Source: Escherichia phage EC101. From it: 64,000 nucleotides of DNA. A program made the translations under genes and the position numbers. Shown here piece by piece: positions 53,540 to 63,990 of the stretch. Location of the stretch: the sequence record OL310488.1; one strand, written 5' to 3'. The notes under the pieces are model-generated. The model worked only from the letters and a program-made list of their open reading frames with translations. It did no database searches and was not told the origin of the DNA. Positions within the stretch are counted from its first letter, which is position 1; each line of letters starts with the position of its first letter.

Positions 53540-55312
53540 TTAATTAACTCCCGTCGCACCAAATACACCAGGAGCAGTTGTGCTTGTGACAGGTGTCATA
53601 TTATGAACGACAGTATTTTTCTTAATAACATTATTAGTATTATTGATTGAAGGAGATGCTTGTTGAACAGGAGCTTGTTGTGCTTTGTTCTTTTCAATCA
53701 CCTGGACCTGTTTTGCTTCTGGTGATTTAGCAGAAGTTTCAGGTTTTGCTTCAGGTTGATTTTTCTTGAGCTCTTGATAAGTGGCATCAATTTTAGCAAA
53801 TCTAGAAGCAAGTTCTTTTTTAACTGCTGGTGAATTATTTAAATCCGGATCATTCATTCGTTTTTTAAGGTCTTCATGAGCAGCTTCAATTGATTTAACT
53901 GTCGAGTCTTTGCTCATATCAGCTGAATCAGCATATTTTTCAAAACGAATCATCGCAGCACGAGCTTCATTAGCTTTCATTAAAGCATTTTTTCTTTCTT
54001 CCGGTGAAAGTTGTTTTAATTTTTCTTCTTCTGCTGCACGTTCTTCGTCAGTAGTCAATGCTTCTTTATTATCTACACCACGAATCCAGTTAGATGCACG
54101 AGTTTTCCAGTTCGCAATTTTGTCTAATCCTTTTGCTATTGGGCCAAGATCATCATTCATTCGTTTATCTTGATAATTTGCTACTTTTTCTTGGTCTTCT
54201 TTATTAAGAGATGCTCCAGTAGAATTTTGGAAATTTTCTAATGCTCTTCCTTCTACTTCATCAGCAGTATCCTTCATGCCAGGAATGACTCGAAGAATTG
54301 CTGCAGATAATTTAGCCATACCTAATTGAATAAGCTCTCCTAAATTATAAAGAACACTTCCAAGCCCTTCAACAATAGCTACTGTTAATCCGCCCCAATC
54401 TCCAGCTTCCCAGAACTTTTTAATTTCATCAATAGATTCAAAGATGCTTTGTAATAAAGGGCCCCAAGTTCCTGTTTCGCTTGAGAAAGTTTTAAAATCA
54501 GTGCTAAATAAATCCCAGGCTTTTGAAAATTTATCTGACCAGTATTTAAAATGAACCATCAGCAGGTCTATTCCAATAACAACAGCCATTATCAATGCAA
54601 CCATTTTAGCAGCTTCAATAGCAGCACTGACGGTATACTTAAATAGCATGCTAGATATTTTATCAGTAATTGAAATAGATTTCTTAAATCCGAAATCAAC
54701 TGTCTTTGTTAATTTATCTAAAGCTTGAGATAATTTTAAGTTAAATGCGTCTCTTTTTTGCTTCTCTTCTGGAGACTCTTGTTTTGGTTCAATTGGCTGA
54801 GGAGTAGGGAAAAAATCAGCATCAGGATCATTATTAACTGCTTCAGGAGCCGGTAATAAAGGACCCACAGATTCAGCTGTATCATCCTCGACGACTTTAA
54901 CAGGAATAGCATTTTCGACTACTGCTAAACTCGTTCCAGTCTGTTGAATTCCAGCTGTTTGAATTTTTTGTTCTAATAAACTCGTTAATTTATCTAATTT
55001 GCTTCCGAGTGATTCGCCTATTTCTTTATTGATATTATTGCCAATTTCAACAGTCTCGGCAATTAACTCAGAACCGGCAGTAGTATCACTCACTGCGCTT
55101 TCAACGTTATCAATTGCTCCAACTATTTCATTTGATTTTTCTTCAACAGTCTGAGCTATTAATTCAGAGACAGCTTGAGCATCATCTAATTTTGTAGAAA
55201 TGTCATTAAGACCAGATAAAGTATTAGAAGCGGATTTAGCCGCTTCCTGTGTTGGTTTATTATCTGAAATAACTTTTCTACGCATCGTTTGCATTTCTTG
55301 TGGCTTTTTCAT
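53540..55312 (-). CDS. 29: gp29 baseplate hub / tail length determinator (tape measure)
   Basis: 590-aa ORF, identical in length to T4 gp29; Ala/Lys/Glu-rich helical sequence. Confidence 0.9.
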   Translation of the reverse strand: MKKPQEMQTMRRKVISDNKPTQEAAKSASNTLSGLNDISTKLDDAQAVSELIAQTVEEKSNEIVGAIDNVESAVSDTTAGSELIAETVEIGNNINKEIGESLGSKLDKLTSLLEQKIQTAGIQQTGTSLAVVENAIPVKVVEDDTAESVGPLLPAPEAVNNDPDADFFPTPQPIEPKQESPEEKQKRDAFNLKLSQALDKLTKTVDFGFKKSISITDKISSMLFKYTVSAAIEAAKMVALIMAVVIGIDLLMVHFKYWSDKFSKAWDLFSTDFKTFSSETGTWGPLLQSIFESIDEIKKFWEAGDWGGLTVAIVEGLGSVLYNLGELIQLGMAKLSAAILRVIPGMKDTADEVEGRALENFQNSTGASLNKEDQEKVANYQDKRMNDDLGPIAKGLDKIANWKTRASNWIRGVDNKEALTTDEERAAEEEKLKQLSPEERKNALMKANEARAAMIRFEKYADSADMSKDSTVKSIEAAHEDLKKRMNDPDLNNSPAVKKELASRFAKIDATYQELKKNQPEAKPETSAKSPEAKQVQVIEKNKAQQAPVQQASPSINNTNNVIKKNTVVHNMTPVTSTTAPGVFGATGVN

Positions 55313-55842
55313 TCAAATAATCCAATAATATTGCCAATTCCGGTTATTGGACCATTAGGGCCAGGAATTGCTAAAGTTGTAGAAATATCATTTGCCCATT
55401 TTAAAACAAATGCTGGCATCTCAAGAAAATTAATTTCTTTAACTTCATCATTGACCTTAAGCAAGCATTTGGATAACATATCGCTTACAGTTAAAAATTG
55501 TTCAAATTTTCCAGGAGGTCTAAAATAAAATGTATTTCCTTGGTATTGAAATTCCAATCTTTGACATACATAAACGTCATTAATATCATAAGTATAACCA
55601 TCTATTTCTTTACGAGATTTAATCTTTCCATTAAATTCCAATAAATGAATAGAAACGAAATCAACTTCTGCCGGTGATAAATTCGGACAAATAGAATCAA
55701 TAAGAAGTTTTAAATTTTCATCAGGACCTTTAACATCTTTTAAAATGTTATAATGTTTAAGACCCATCTTAGGAATAGAAACTTCTTTATTACTTATTGG
55801 AAGAACTACTTTCTTCAGTGGTAGTATCAGATTTAAATTCAT
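55309..55842 (-). CDS. 28: gp28 baseplate hub distal subunit
   Basis: 177-aa ORF, identical in length to T4 gp28; its start overlaps the gene 27 3' end by 53 nt. Confidence 0.85.
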   Translation of the reverse strand: MNLNLILPLKKVVLPISNKEVSIPKMGLKHYNILKDVKGPDENLKLLIDSICPNLSPAEVDFVSIHLLEFNGKIKSRKEIDGYTYDINDVYVCQRLEFQYQGNTFYFRPPGKFEQFLTVSDMLSKCLLKVNDEVKEINFLEMPAFVLKWANDISTTLAIPGPNGPITGIGNIIGLFE

Positions 55843-56962
55843 TTTTAACCTTAACTGGGTCTATTGTTTCCAGTTTCGTCGCATTAGTGAACATATATAG
55901 ATGAGTTACTGAATTATTATTTGATAATTCATGGATAACTTCATCAACGTAAAATTCTGTTTTAAATTGGTTTTTACTATCATTAAAAATAATTTTAACA
56001 CCAGGAGTCAAGTTAAAATTACCGACAGTAGAACATTTAGCATAGCCATCATATTGCGCCATAGTTTGAAGACGAATAGCTTCTTCATAGCCATTTCTAT
56101 AAGTCATTTCAGAATAAGCACCTGACCTTGACACTACAATAGAGTTTTCACCCTTTCCTGTAGTAATCATTGGCAGTGAAGAATCTAAAAACGAATGAGC
56201 ATAGATAGTAGCATTTTTCATTGGATCACGTTTATGCGGGTTTGATTTAGTCAACCAAACAAAATCATATGCTAATGGATATTTCAATTCTTGGACGAAT
56301 TGACCTATTAAAGTTGGCTCACCTACAATCATTGGATATGGTTCTTGATTTATCATCATATCATAGTCCATCATGTTAACTCCCATGATGTCTTGCCATA
56401 CAAATACGAACTTATCGCTTCCTACCGCTAGAGCAACTTCTCTTACATAGGACAAATAATTTTCAAATGTACTAGTCCATGGAATATCAGGAACATAAGC
56501 ATTTATAGCATTTATTGCTGGAGTTAATAATGTGCGGTCTTGATAAATGACACCAAGCATTTCTTTTATAGATTCACCTGCATCAGGGAAAAATGGTCTA
56601 CCAAATTTAAGATTTTCTATAGAATGAATAGTTCCCAATTCAATAGCAATGATGTTATCGCCTTTTGAATCTACTGACACGGAAAAATGCTTACATCCAT
56701 AAATTCGTGTTTTAACATTATTAATATCATTTGCATTAGCTACAGAAATCTGAATTATTTCATTTCCATCCATTTTTGTATGGATGTTTTTAGAATCATA
56801 AAATTGTAGCATTCCTTCATTTCGACCATAAAGAGAGTCACGCATAGTTAATGTGGTAATAGTAGCAGCTAATTCAACAAATCTATTATTACTCCAAGCG
56901 TCATAACTCTCAAATAATTTAACGCTGAGATTTGGATATCCAGGACGTTGTAACATACTCAT
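55790..56962 (-). CDS. 27: gp27 baseplate hub subunit
   Basis: 390-aa ORF; T4 gp27 is 391 aa. Confidence 0.9.
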   Translation of the reverse strand: MSMLQRPGYPNLSVKLFESYDAWSNNRFVELAATITTLTMRDSLYGRNEGMLQFYDSKNIHTKMDGNEIIQISVANANDINNVKTRIYGCKHFSVSVDSKGDNIIAIELGTIHSIENLKFGRPFFPDAGESIKEMLGVIYQDRTLLTPAINAINAYVPDIPWTSTFENYLSYVREVALAVGSDKFVFVWQDIMGVNMMDYDMMINQEPYPMIVGEPTLIGQFVQELKYPLAYDFVWLTKSNPHKRDPMKNATIYAHSFLDSSLPMITTGKGENSIVVSRSGAYSEMTYRNGYEEAIRLQTMAQYDGYAKCSTVGNFNLTPGVKIIFNDSKNQFKTEFYVDEVIHELSNNNSVTHLYMFTNATKLETIDPVKVKNEFKSDTTTEESSSSNK

Positions 56963-57711
56963 TGATGTTTATCCTTCTCAATCAGTTTTAATACGAATCC
57001 GCGCTCGGCAGGAATCATTTTCATTATTGAATTTAAGCTATAATTACTTTTTACAAGCGTGTGATTAATTTGATAAAAAGTAAATATCTCATCTGGATTA
57101 ACTAATAGCTTAAACACATCTACTATATCAGTGTATTTTTTAATGTACTTATCACAACACGACATGTGCAATGTTAAATTAATAGGATTCATTGCATCGA
57201 GAATTTTTTCTAATGTTTCTATCTCGATGGCGTCAACTAGTTCTATTTGACTGGACTCGCTAATTTCCTTCCAATCATACCATATTTCATCTACTTGAAC
57301 AGAATGAATATTTTCAGTAATCATCTTTGCTTTATTTTCATAAAACTCAGAAGGAAACTTTAATTTAATTTTAACATTAGCTACATCAAAAACAGGTTCC
57401 TTTAATTCTTTTTGATATATTTCAAATGGAACTGTCTTTTCTTTTTTACATTTTGGACATACAAATGTGACCGGTACTTTAGTTTTACCTATTGAACCTA
57501 CAAATACCTGCAAAAATATAAATGGTTGCCAAGTCTTTGGATAGTCTCCAAAATAATCAGCAATTAAATCAGCAATTACTTCTTTTTGTTCTTGTGGTGA
57601 CCGATGTTCTATATCGTTTCGAACTAACAAAAAATCTCGATAATCTTCTACCGTAAATGGTTTAAAACGATGAACACCATCTGGTAATTTACAACGAATA
57701 ATGTTTGCCAT
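56959..57711 (-). CDS. 51: gp51 baseplate hub assembly catalyst
   Basis: 250-aa ORF; T4 gp51 is 249 aa; synteny. Confidence 0.9.
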   Translation of the reverse strand: MANIIRCKLPDGVHRFKPFTVEDYRDFLLVRNDIEHRSPQEQKEVIADLIADYFGDYPKTWQPFIFLQVFVGSIGKTKVPVTFVCPKCKKEKTVPFEIYQKELKEPVFDVANVKIKLKFPSEFYENKAKMITENIHSVQVDEIWYDWKEISESSQIELVDAIEIETLEKILDAMNPINLTLHMSCCDKYIKKYTDIVDVFKLLVNPDEIFTFYQINHTLVKSNYSLNSIMKMIPAERGFVLKLIEKDKHQ

Positions 57712-57728
57712 AGATGCTCCTTTTATTC

Positions 57729-57740
57729 TATTTATAAATA
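57729..57740. promoter_or_regulatory. divergent overlapping late promoters (palindrome TATTTATAAATA) for gene 51 (minus) and gene 26 (plus)
   Basis: TATAAATA readable on both strands within 12 bp, between divergent late genes. Confidence 0.65.
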
Positions 57741-57761
57741 TGATAAATAAAGGAGCTAAAT

Positions 57762-58388
57762 ATGTATGAATACAAATTTGATGTGAGAGTTGGTTCTAAA
57801 ATAATCAACTGTCGCGCATTTACTCTTAAAGAATATCTAGAACTTATTACTGCTAAAAAGAATGGTTCAGTAGAAGAGATTGTTAAAAAGCTAATCAAAG
57901 ACTGTACAAATGCAAAAGATTTAAACCGCCAAGAATCAGAACTATTACTGATTCATTTATGGGCGCATTCTCTTGGAGAAGTTAATCACGAAAACTCCTG
58001 GAAGTGCACCTGTGGAACTGAAATACCAACCCATATAAATCTATTACATACACAAATAGATGCACCAGAAGACCTCTGGTATACACTGGGTGACATTAAA
58101 ATTAAATTCCATTACCCTAAAATTTTTGATGATAAAAATATAGCCCACATGATAGTATCATGTATAGAAACGATTCATGCTAACGGTGAAAGCATTCCAG
58201 TTGAAGACTTAAATGAAAAAGAACTGGAAGATTTATATTCTATCATCGCAGAGTCAGATATTGTAGCTATAAAAGATATGCTTTTAAAGCCTACTGTTTA
58301 TTTGGCTGTTCCAATTAAATGTCCAGAGTGTGGAAAAACTCACGCTCATGTAATAAGAGGACTCAAAGAATTCTTTGAGCTATTGTAA
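57762..58388 (+). CDS. 26: gp26 baseplate hub subunit
   Basis: 208-aa ORF, identical in length to T4 gp26. Confidence 0.9.
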   Translation: MYEYKFDVRVGSKIINCRAFTLKEYLELITAKKNGSVEEIVKKLIKDCTNAKDLNRQESELLLIHLWAHSLGEVNHENSWKCTCGTEIPTHINLLHTQIDAPEDLWYTLGDIKIKFHYPKIFDDKNIAHMIVSCIETIHANGESIPVEDLNEKELEDLYSIIAESDIVAIKDMLLKPTVYLAVPIKCPECGKTHAHVIRGLKEFFELL

Positions 58389-58786
58389 TGGCAAATATTA
58401 ATAAGCTTTATTCTGATATTGACCCAGAGATGAAAATGGATTGGAACAAAGACGTTTCAAGATCACTTGGATTAAGGTCAATTAAAAATAGTCTTTTAGG
58501 AATTATTACAACAAGAAAAGGTTCAAGACCGTTTGACCCTGAATTTGGATGCGATTTATCTGACCAACTTTTTGAGAATATGACTCCTCTTACTGCTGAC
58601 ACGGTTGAGCGTAATATCGAAAGCGCAGTAAGAAACTATGAGCCACGTATTGATAAATTAGCAGTTAATGTAATACCGGTTTATGATGATTATACTTTGA
58701 TAGTAGAAATACGCTTTTCAGTCATCGATAACCCTGATGATATTGAGCAAATAAAACTACAACTGGCTTCCAGTAATAGAGTATAA
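58388..58786 (+). CDS. 25: gp25 baseplate wedge subunit (sheath initiator)
   Basis: 132-aa ORF, identical in length to T4 gp25; TAATG overlap with gene 26. Confidence 0.9.
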   Translation: MANINKLYSDIDPEMKMDWNKDVSRSLGLRSIKNSLLGIITTRKGSRPFDPEFGCDLSDQLFENMTPLTADTVERNIESAVRNYEPRIDKLAVNVIPVYDDYTLIVEIRFSVIDNPDDIEQIKLQLASSNRV

Positions 58787-58812
58787 TGCTTCACGTATAA
58801 ACGTGGTATAAT
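58787..58812 (+). promoter_or_regulatory. MotA-dependent middle promoter upstream of uvsY (MotA box TGCTTCA, 13 bp, TATAAT)
   Basis: motifs read directly; in T4 the uvsY middle promoter is part of the replication origin ori(uvsY). Confidence 0.55.
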
Positions 58813-58852
58813 GAATCTAAGTCCATCCAATAACAATTGAATAGAGAACAAT

Positions 58853-59266
58853 ATGAGATTAGAAGATCTTCAAGAAGAATTGAAGAAAGATGTATTTATA
58901 GATTCGACTAAATTACAGTATGAAGCAGCTAATAATGTGATGTTATATAGTAAATGGCTTAATAAGCATTCAAGTATTAAAAAGGAAATGCTTAGAATTG
59001 ATGCACAGAAAAAAGTTGCTCTTAAAGCTAAATTAGACTACTACTCGGGACGAGGAGATGGTGATGAATTTAGTATGGATCGTTACGAGAAATCAGAAAT
59101 GAAGACAGTTCTATCAGCTGATAAGGATGTTTTAAAGGTTGATACCTCGTTACAGTATTGGGGGATTTTATTAGATTTCTGTAGCGGAGCTCTTGATGCT
59201 ATTAAATCACGTGGATTTGCTATTAAGCATATTCAAGACATGCGGGCATTTGAGGCTGGAAAATAA
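58853..59266 (+). CDS. uvsY: UvsY recombination mediator protein
   Basis: 137-aa ORF, identical in length to T4 UvsY. Confidence 0.9.
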   Translation: MRLEDLQEELKKDVFIDSTKLQYEAANNVMLYSKWLNKHSSIKKEMLRIDAQKKVALKAKLDYYSGRGDGDEFSMDRYEKSEMKTVLSADKDVLKVDTSLQYWGILLDFCSGALDAIKSRGFAIKHIQDMRAFEAGK

Positions 59267-59490
59267 TGAGATATAGCATTGATGATGCTTTTAATTATGA
59301 AGAAGAATTTGAAACGGAAATTCAATTCTTAATGAAAAAGCATAATCTTAAGCGTCAGGATATTCGTATCCTGGCCGACCACCCGTGCGGTGAAGATGTT
59401 CTTTATATTAAAGGAAAATTTGCCGGATATCTTGATGAATATTTTTATTCTAAAGATATGGGCATTGATATGCATATGAGAGTTGTATAA
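59266..59490 (+). CDS. hypothetical protein (74 aa; uvsY.-1 position)
   Basis: ATGA-overlapped ORF following uvsY. Confidence 0.7.
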   Translation: MRYSIDDAFNYEEEFETEIQFLMKKHNLKRQDIRILADHPCGEDVLYIKGKFAGYLDEYFYSKDMGIDMHMRVV

Positions 59491-59518
59491 ATAGATATAT
59501 AATTCAGAGGAGACAATC

Positions 59519-59686
59519 ATGTCAGATAAGATTTGTGTTGTCTGTAAAACTCCAATCGATTCTGCATTGGTTGTTGAAACAGACAAAGGTCCTGTACATC
59601 CTGGGCCTTGCTATAATTACATTAAAGAACTACCAGTTTCAGAAAGTTCGGAAGAACAATTAAATGAAACGCAACTTTTGCTATAG
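59519..59686 (+). CDS. hypothetical small protein (55 aa; uvsY.-2 position), possible zinc ribbon
   Basis: GAGGAGACAATC-ATG; CVVC...PGPC spacing; below ORF-track threshold. Confidence 0.5.
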   Translation: MSDKICVVCKTPIDSALVVETDKGPVHPGPCYNYIKELPVSESSEEQLNETQLLL

Positions 59687-59709
59687 TGTGACCTTTAGTC
59701 TATAGTTTT

Positions 59710-59740
59710 GGCCCTTCCTTTTTGGTTGGGCCTTTTTTAA
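59710..59740 (+). terminator. possible intrinsic terminator (GGCCC/GGGCC stem with long loop, followed by T6)
   Basis: short stem and a 13-nt loop make this weak; T-run on the plus strand only. Confidence 0.4.
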
Positions 59741-59741
59741 T

Positions 59742-59984
59742 TTAAAAGCTTTCTTCTACTTCATCGTCTGAATCTTCTAATTCAGCTCTTTTTCCTGCCA
59801 AAGCATCTCTGACTGAGATGTCATCAGTATCTTTTAATTCAGTTTCTTTAACTCTTTTCTTATAATAAGCTTCAAGTTCTTCTAAACCTTCTAATGTTTG
59901 ACAAGAGGCAATTTTACCCATAAATTCATCAATAGAAGCTTCATAAAGAAATTGTTTAAATTCTAGTAACATCTTTTTCTCCAA
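59742..59984 (-). CDS. uvsW.1: UvsW.1 small acidic protein
   Basis: 80-aa ORF immediately downstream of uvsW on the same strand, as in T4. Confidence 0.7.
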   Translation of the reverse strand: MEKKMLLEFKQFLYEASIDEFMGKIASCQTLEGLEELEAYYKKRVKETELKDTDDISVRDALAGKRAELEDSDDEVEESF

Positions 59985-59997
59985 AGGGCCGAAGCCC

Positions 59998-61509
59998 TTA
60001 TAAATTAACTGTTTTCATTACGTAATTAAATTTTTCATCTGCGTAGCGCTGAATACGATCAATGCCGTGTTTTAAAAGATAGTTCAAGTGAACATATTTC
60101 TTTTTAGTATTAGCAGATTTTGGCTTGACACCACAGTCATCTATGAGGTCCCAGACTGTTGCGATTGTTTTAGAACCATGTTTACGTAATACGCGACCTA
60201 TTGTTTGCAATACAATAATTTTAGATTTAACACCGTGTGCTAAAACAACGTGATGCAGATTTTTAACTGAAATACCAGTAGAAAATACACCATAACTAGC
60301 TACTATAATTATTCCTTTACCGTTTTCAGCTAAGGTTTTCATTATATTGCGGGTTTCGGTATCAACTTCCCCTGATACGTAATAAACTTTATCGTATTCA
60401 TTTTTAATTAAATCGAAAATAGCTTTACCGTGCGATACGTGTTTAAACATGACAAAAGCGTTTTCATCTTTTTGTGCAAGCTTAATAGCTAATTTAGCGA
60501 TCCATTTATTTCTTTTACTAAGCCCAGTAATAATTTTTATTTCTTCTTGGTAAGTTTTTCCCTTTAATTTAGTAGTGAACTCATCGGGATAGCGAAGAAA
60601 AATACTATTAATTTTTAACTCAGTTACTTGTCCATCTTCCATTAATTTAGAGGTCGTTACTGGCTTAAATATTTCACCGAACATTCCAACATACTGCATG
60701 ATATTAGCTTTGCCATCACGTAATGAACCAGACAAACCGAATTTGAACATGCAGTTATTTAAACCTGATATGATGGATGAAATACTTTTTCCTGTAGCAA
60801 GATGGCATTCATCATTCATCATCATTCCAAACTGTGAGAACCATTCTTTCGGTTGTTTTACTACAGTTTGCCATGTACCAACAACGACCGGTGCATCATT
60901 TTTATATTTATCATCTTTTGATGCTCCACCACCGATTTTCTTTATCATTGCATGACTGAATAAACGATAGTCAACAAAGTCATCAGCCATCTGAGTTGTC
61001 AGAGCAGTTGTTGGAACAATAATAAGAATTTTGCCTTCATAATTTTCCAAATAATACCGAGCAAGCAAAGCTTGAATTAAAGATTTACCTGCGGATGTTG
61101 GAAGATTAAGAATTCTACGACGATTAACTAATCCTTCGAACACTGCATCTTTTTGATACCAGTGTGGTTCAATTCTTTTATTTCCTGAATAGATTTCTAA
61201 TTTAGAAAGCCATTCATCAAAATCTTTTCTTGATAATTCTTCTTTTTCGTTAATTTGTGGGTCAATCCAGGCTTTATAGCCAAAGTTATCACAGAACTTT
61301 TTAATTTGCCCGACTAAGCCGAATGGAAGAAGACGATTATAATCTAACAGACGGATTCGTCCATCCCAGTGGCCATATCTGTACTTCGGATTAAAACGAT
61401 ACCCATCAGCTTCAAAGCTAAAGAAATCACGGAGTTCATGAAATGTACTTTCTTCACAATCAATTCTCACGTGACTAAAATCATAAAAATGTACTTTAAT
61501 GTCAGTCAT
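59998..61509 (-). CDS. uvsW: UvsW DNA/RNA helicase (SF2)
   Basis: 503-aa ORF; Walker A GKS (LPTSAGKSL), DECH box (MMNDECH); T4 UvsW is 502 aa. Confidence 0.95.
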   Translation of the reverse strand: MTDIKVHFYDFSHVRIDCEESTFHELRDFFSFEADGYRFNPKYRYGHWDGRIRLLDYNRLLPFGLVGQIKKFCDNFGYKAWIDPQINEKEELSRKDFDEWLSKLEIYSGNKRIEPHWYQKDAVFEGLVNRRRILNLPTSAGKSLIQALLARYYLENYEGKILIIVPTTALTTQMADDFVDYRLFSHAMIKKIGGGASKDDKYKNDAPVVVGTWQTVVKQPKEWFSQFGMMMNDECHLATGKSISSIISGLNNCMFKFGLSGSLRDGKANIMQYVGMFGEIFKPVTTSKLMEDGQVTELKINSIFLRYPDEFTTKLKGKTYQEEIKIITGLSKRNKWIAKLAIKLAQKDENAFVMFKHVSHGKAIFDLIKNEYDKVYYVSGEVDTETRNIMKTLAENGKGIIIVASYGVFSTGISVKNLHHVVLAHGVKSKIIVLQTIGRVLRKHGSKTIATVWDLIDDCGVKPKSANTKKKYVHLNYLLKHGIDRIQRYADEKFNYVMKTVNL

Positions 61510-61538
61510 GTCTAAATACCATGTAATAAATATATCTA

Positions 61539-61546
61539 TATTTATA
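61539..61546 (-). promoter_or_regulatory. late promoter TATAAATA (minus strand) upstream of uvsW
   Basis: plus-strand TATTTATA 30 nt upstream of the uvsW start. Confidence 0.55.
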
Positions 61547-61559
61547 CTGAGGAAATATT

Positions 61560-62240
61560 ATGATAGATAAAGATTATATTGCAGAGCTGAAGGCTCTTGA
61601 TGATAACAAAGAAGCTAAAGCTAAATTAGCTGAATATGCTGAACAGTTTGGTATAAAGGTCAAAAAGAATAAATCTTTTGATAATATCGTTGTTGATATT
61701 GAAGAAGCCCTCCAGAAGCTCGCTAGTGAACCTATGCCGGAGACTGATGGGTTATCTATTAAAGACTTAATTGATGCTGCTGATGCTGCAGAGGGGTTAA
61801 AATATGACGATGAAGAAGTCAATCCAGAAGCAGCACTTTTGATTGATTCTCCGGTTAAATCTGACATTAAAATTGAAGTAGTAGAAACAGATAAAATTCC
61901 TGAAAATACCACTGTTTTAATTGAAGATACTCCTTTTGTTGAAGAAAAATTCGAACAGGCTGTAGCTGAGATTATTGAATCTGAAAAGCCGTCTGTATTT
62001 ACTCTTCCGGAAAACTTTAGCCCGAATCTTCAGTTGATTGGAAAAAATCCAGGATTCTGTACTGTTCCTTGGTGGATTTATCAATGGATTGCTGAAACTC
62101 CTGATTGGAAATCTCACCCAACTAGTTTTGAACATGCGTCAGCACACCAAACTTTATTTAGCTTAATTTATTACATTAACCGTGACGGATCAGTTTTAAT
62201 TCGTGAAACACGCAACTCTTCTTTCGTAACATTAAAATAA
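61560..62240 (+). CDS. inh: Inh, inhibitor of the prohead protease
   Basis: 226-aa ORF adjacent to hoc; length and synteny as in T4. Confidence 0.8.
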   Translation: MIDKDYIAELKALDDNKEAKAKLAEYAEQFGIKVKKNKSFDNIVVDIEEALQKLASEPMPETDGLSIKDLIDAADAAEGLKYDDEEVNPEAALLIDSPVKSDIKIEVVETDKIPENTTVLIEDTPFVEEKFEQAVAEIIESEKPSVFTLPENFSPNLQLIGKNPGFCTVPWWIYQWIAETPDWKSHPTSFEHASAHQTLFSLIYYINRDGSVLIRETRNSSFVTLK

Positions 62241-62249
62241 GGATAACTT

Positions 62250-63956
62250 ATGACTTTTACAGTTGATATAACTCCTAAAACACCGACAGGGGTTATTGAT
62301 GAAACTAAGCAGTTTACTGCTACACCCAGTGGTGAAACTGGAGGCGGAACTATTACATATGCTTGGACTGTAGATGATGCTCCACAAGATGGAGCTGAAG
62401 CAACTTTTGATTATGTATTAAAAGGACCTGCTGGACAAAAGACTATTAAAGTAGTTGCAACAAATACAGTTCCAGATACTGATGCTGAAACAGCAGAAGC
62501 TACTACAACTATCACAGTTCAAAATAAGACACAAACAACTACTTTAGCTGTAACTCCTGGTAGCCCTGATGCTGGAGTGATTGGAACTCCAATTGAATTT
62601 ACCGCTGCCTTAGCTTCACAGCCATCAGGTGCAAACGCTACGTATCAATGGCACGTTGACGGTTCTCCTGTAGACGAAGCAACTGACGCTACATTCAATT
62701 ACACTCCTGACACAAGCGGAGTTAAAAAAATCAAGTGTGTAGCTCAAGTAACTGCGGCAGATTATGATGCACTAAGCGTTACTTCTAATGAAGTATCATT
62801 GACTGTTAATAAAAAGACGCAGACGACTACCTTGGCAGTAACTCCTGATAGTCCTCCAGCTGGAGTGATTGGAACAGCCGTTGAATTTACTGCTGCCTTA
62901 GCTTCTCAACCTGATGGGGCATCTGCTACGTATCAGTGGTATGTAGATGATTCTCAAATTGGTGAAGCGACTTCTGCTACATTTAGCTATACTCCAACTA
63001 CAAGTGGAGTAAAAAGAATTAAATGCGTAGCGCAAGTAACAGCAACAGATTATGACGCAAAAACAGTTACTTCTAATGAAGTATCATTAACAGTTAATAA
63101 GAAGACACAGACAACTACGTTAGCCGTAACTCCTGCTAATCCTGCTGCCGGAGTAATTGGAACCCCAGTTCAATTTACTGCTGCCTTGGATTCACAGCCA
63201 CCAGGAGCGTCTGCTACGTATCAGTGGTATGTTGACGGTTCTCTGGTCGATGGAGAAACTACTACTACATTTAACTATACTCCTACCACAGTTGGAGCTA
63301 AAACAGTTAAGTGTGTAGCGCAAGTAACTGCAGAAAATTACAATGAAAAGGAAGTTACTTCTAATGAAGTATCATTGACTGTTAATAAGAAAACAATGAA
63401 TCCACAGGTTACATTGACTCCTCCTTCTATTAACGTTCAGCAAGATGCTTCGGCTACATTTACGGCTAATGTTACGGGTGCTCCAGAAGAAGCACAAATT
63501 ACTTACTCATGGAAGAAAGATTCTTCTCCTGTAGAAGGGTCAACTAACGTATATACTGTCGATACCTCATCTGTTGGAAGTCAAACTATTGAAGTTACTG
63601 CTGTCGTTACTGCAACTGATTACGATAGCAAAACTATTACAGCAGAAGGTCAAGTTCAGGTAACTGATAAAGTTGCTCCAGAACCAGAAGGTGAACTACC
63701 TTATGTTCATCCTCTTCCACATCGTACTTCAGCTTATATCTGGTGCGGTTGGTGGGTTATGGATGAAATCCAAAAAATGACCGAAGAAGGTAAAGATTGG
63801 AAAACTGAAGATCCAGACAGTAAATACTACCTGCATCGTTACACTCTTCAGAAGATGATGAAAGACTATCCAGAAGTTGATGTTCAAGAATCACGCAATG
63901 GATACATCATTCATAAAACTGCTTTAGAAACTGGTATCATCTATACCTATCCATAA
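62250..63956 (+). CDS. hoc: Hoc highly immunogenic outer capsid protein, expanded (five Ig-like domains plus capsid-binding C-terminal domain)
   Basis: 568-aa ORF; N- and C-terminal regions match T4 Hoc as recalled; internal near-identical 96-aa Ig-like modules. Confidence 0.85.
   Translation: MTFTVDITPKTPTGVIDETKQFTATPSGETGGGTITYAWTVDDAPQDGAEATFDYVLKGPAGQKTIKVVATNTVPDTDAETAEATTTITVQNKTQTTTLAVTPGSPDAGVIGTPIEFTAALASQPSGANATYQWHVDGSPVDEATDATFNYTPDTSGVKKIKCVAQVTAADYDALSVTSNEVSLTVNKKTQTTTLAVTPDSPPAGVIGTAVEFTAALASQPDGASATYQWYVDDSQIGEATSATFSYTPTTSGVKRIKCVAQVTATDYDAKTVTSNEVSLTVNKKTQTTTLAVTPANPAAGVIGTPVQFTAALDSQPPGASATYQWYVDGSLVDGETTTTFNYTPTTVGAKTVKCVAQVTAENYNEKEVTSNEVSLTVNKKTMNPQVTLTPPSINVQQDASATFTANVTGAPEEAQITYSWKKDSSPVEGSTNVYTVDTSSVGSQTIEVTAVVTATDYDSKTITAEGQVQVTDKVAPEPEGELPYVHPLPHRTSAYIWCGWWVMDEIQKMTEEGKDWKTEDPDSKYYLHRYTLQKMMKDYPEVDVQESRNGYIIHKTALETGIIYTYP
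62520..63383 (+). repeat. three tandem near-identical 288-bp coding repeats (Ig-like domain modules) inside hoc
   Basis: each unit begins AA(T/A)AAGAC(A/G)CA(A/G)AC(A/G)ACTAC(T/C)TT(A/G)GC(T/A)GTAACTCCTG and ends ...TCTAATGAAGTATCATT(G/A)AC(T/A)GTT. Confidence 0.85.
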
Positions 63957-63960
63957 TCAT

Positions 63961-63990
63961 AAGGGGCTTCGGCCCCTTTCTTCATTTTGA
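63961..63990 (+). terminator. intrinsic terminator (AAGGGGC-TTCG-GCCCCTT followed by T-rich tract)
   Basis: 7-bp stem with UUCG loop after the hoc stop. Confidence 0.7.

Noticed and set aside
53910-54173. 87-aa plus-strand ORF inside gene 29, and similar ORFs inside genes 27, uvsW and 34
   Set aside because: Antisense shadow ORFs within long, confidently identified structural genes.
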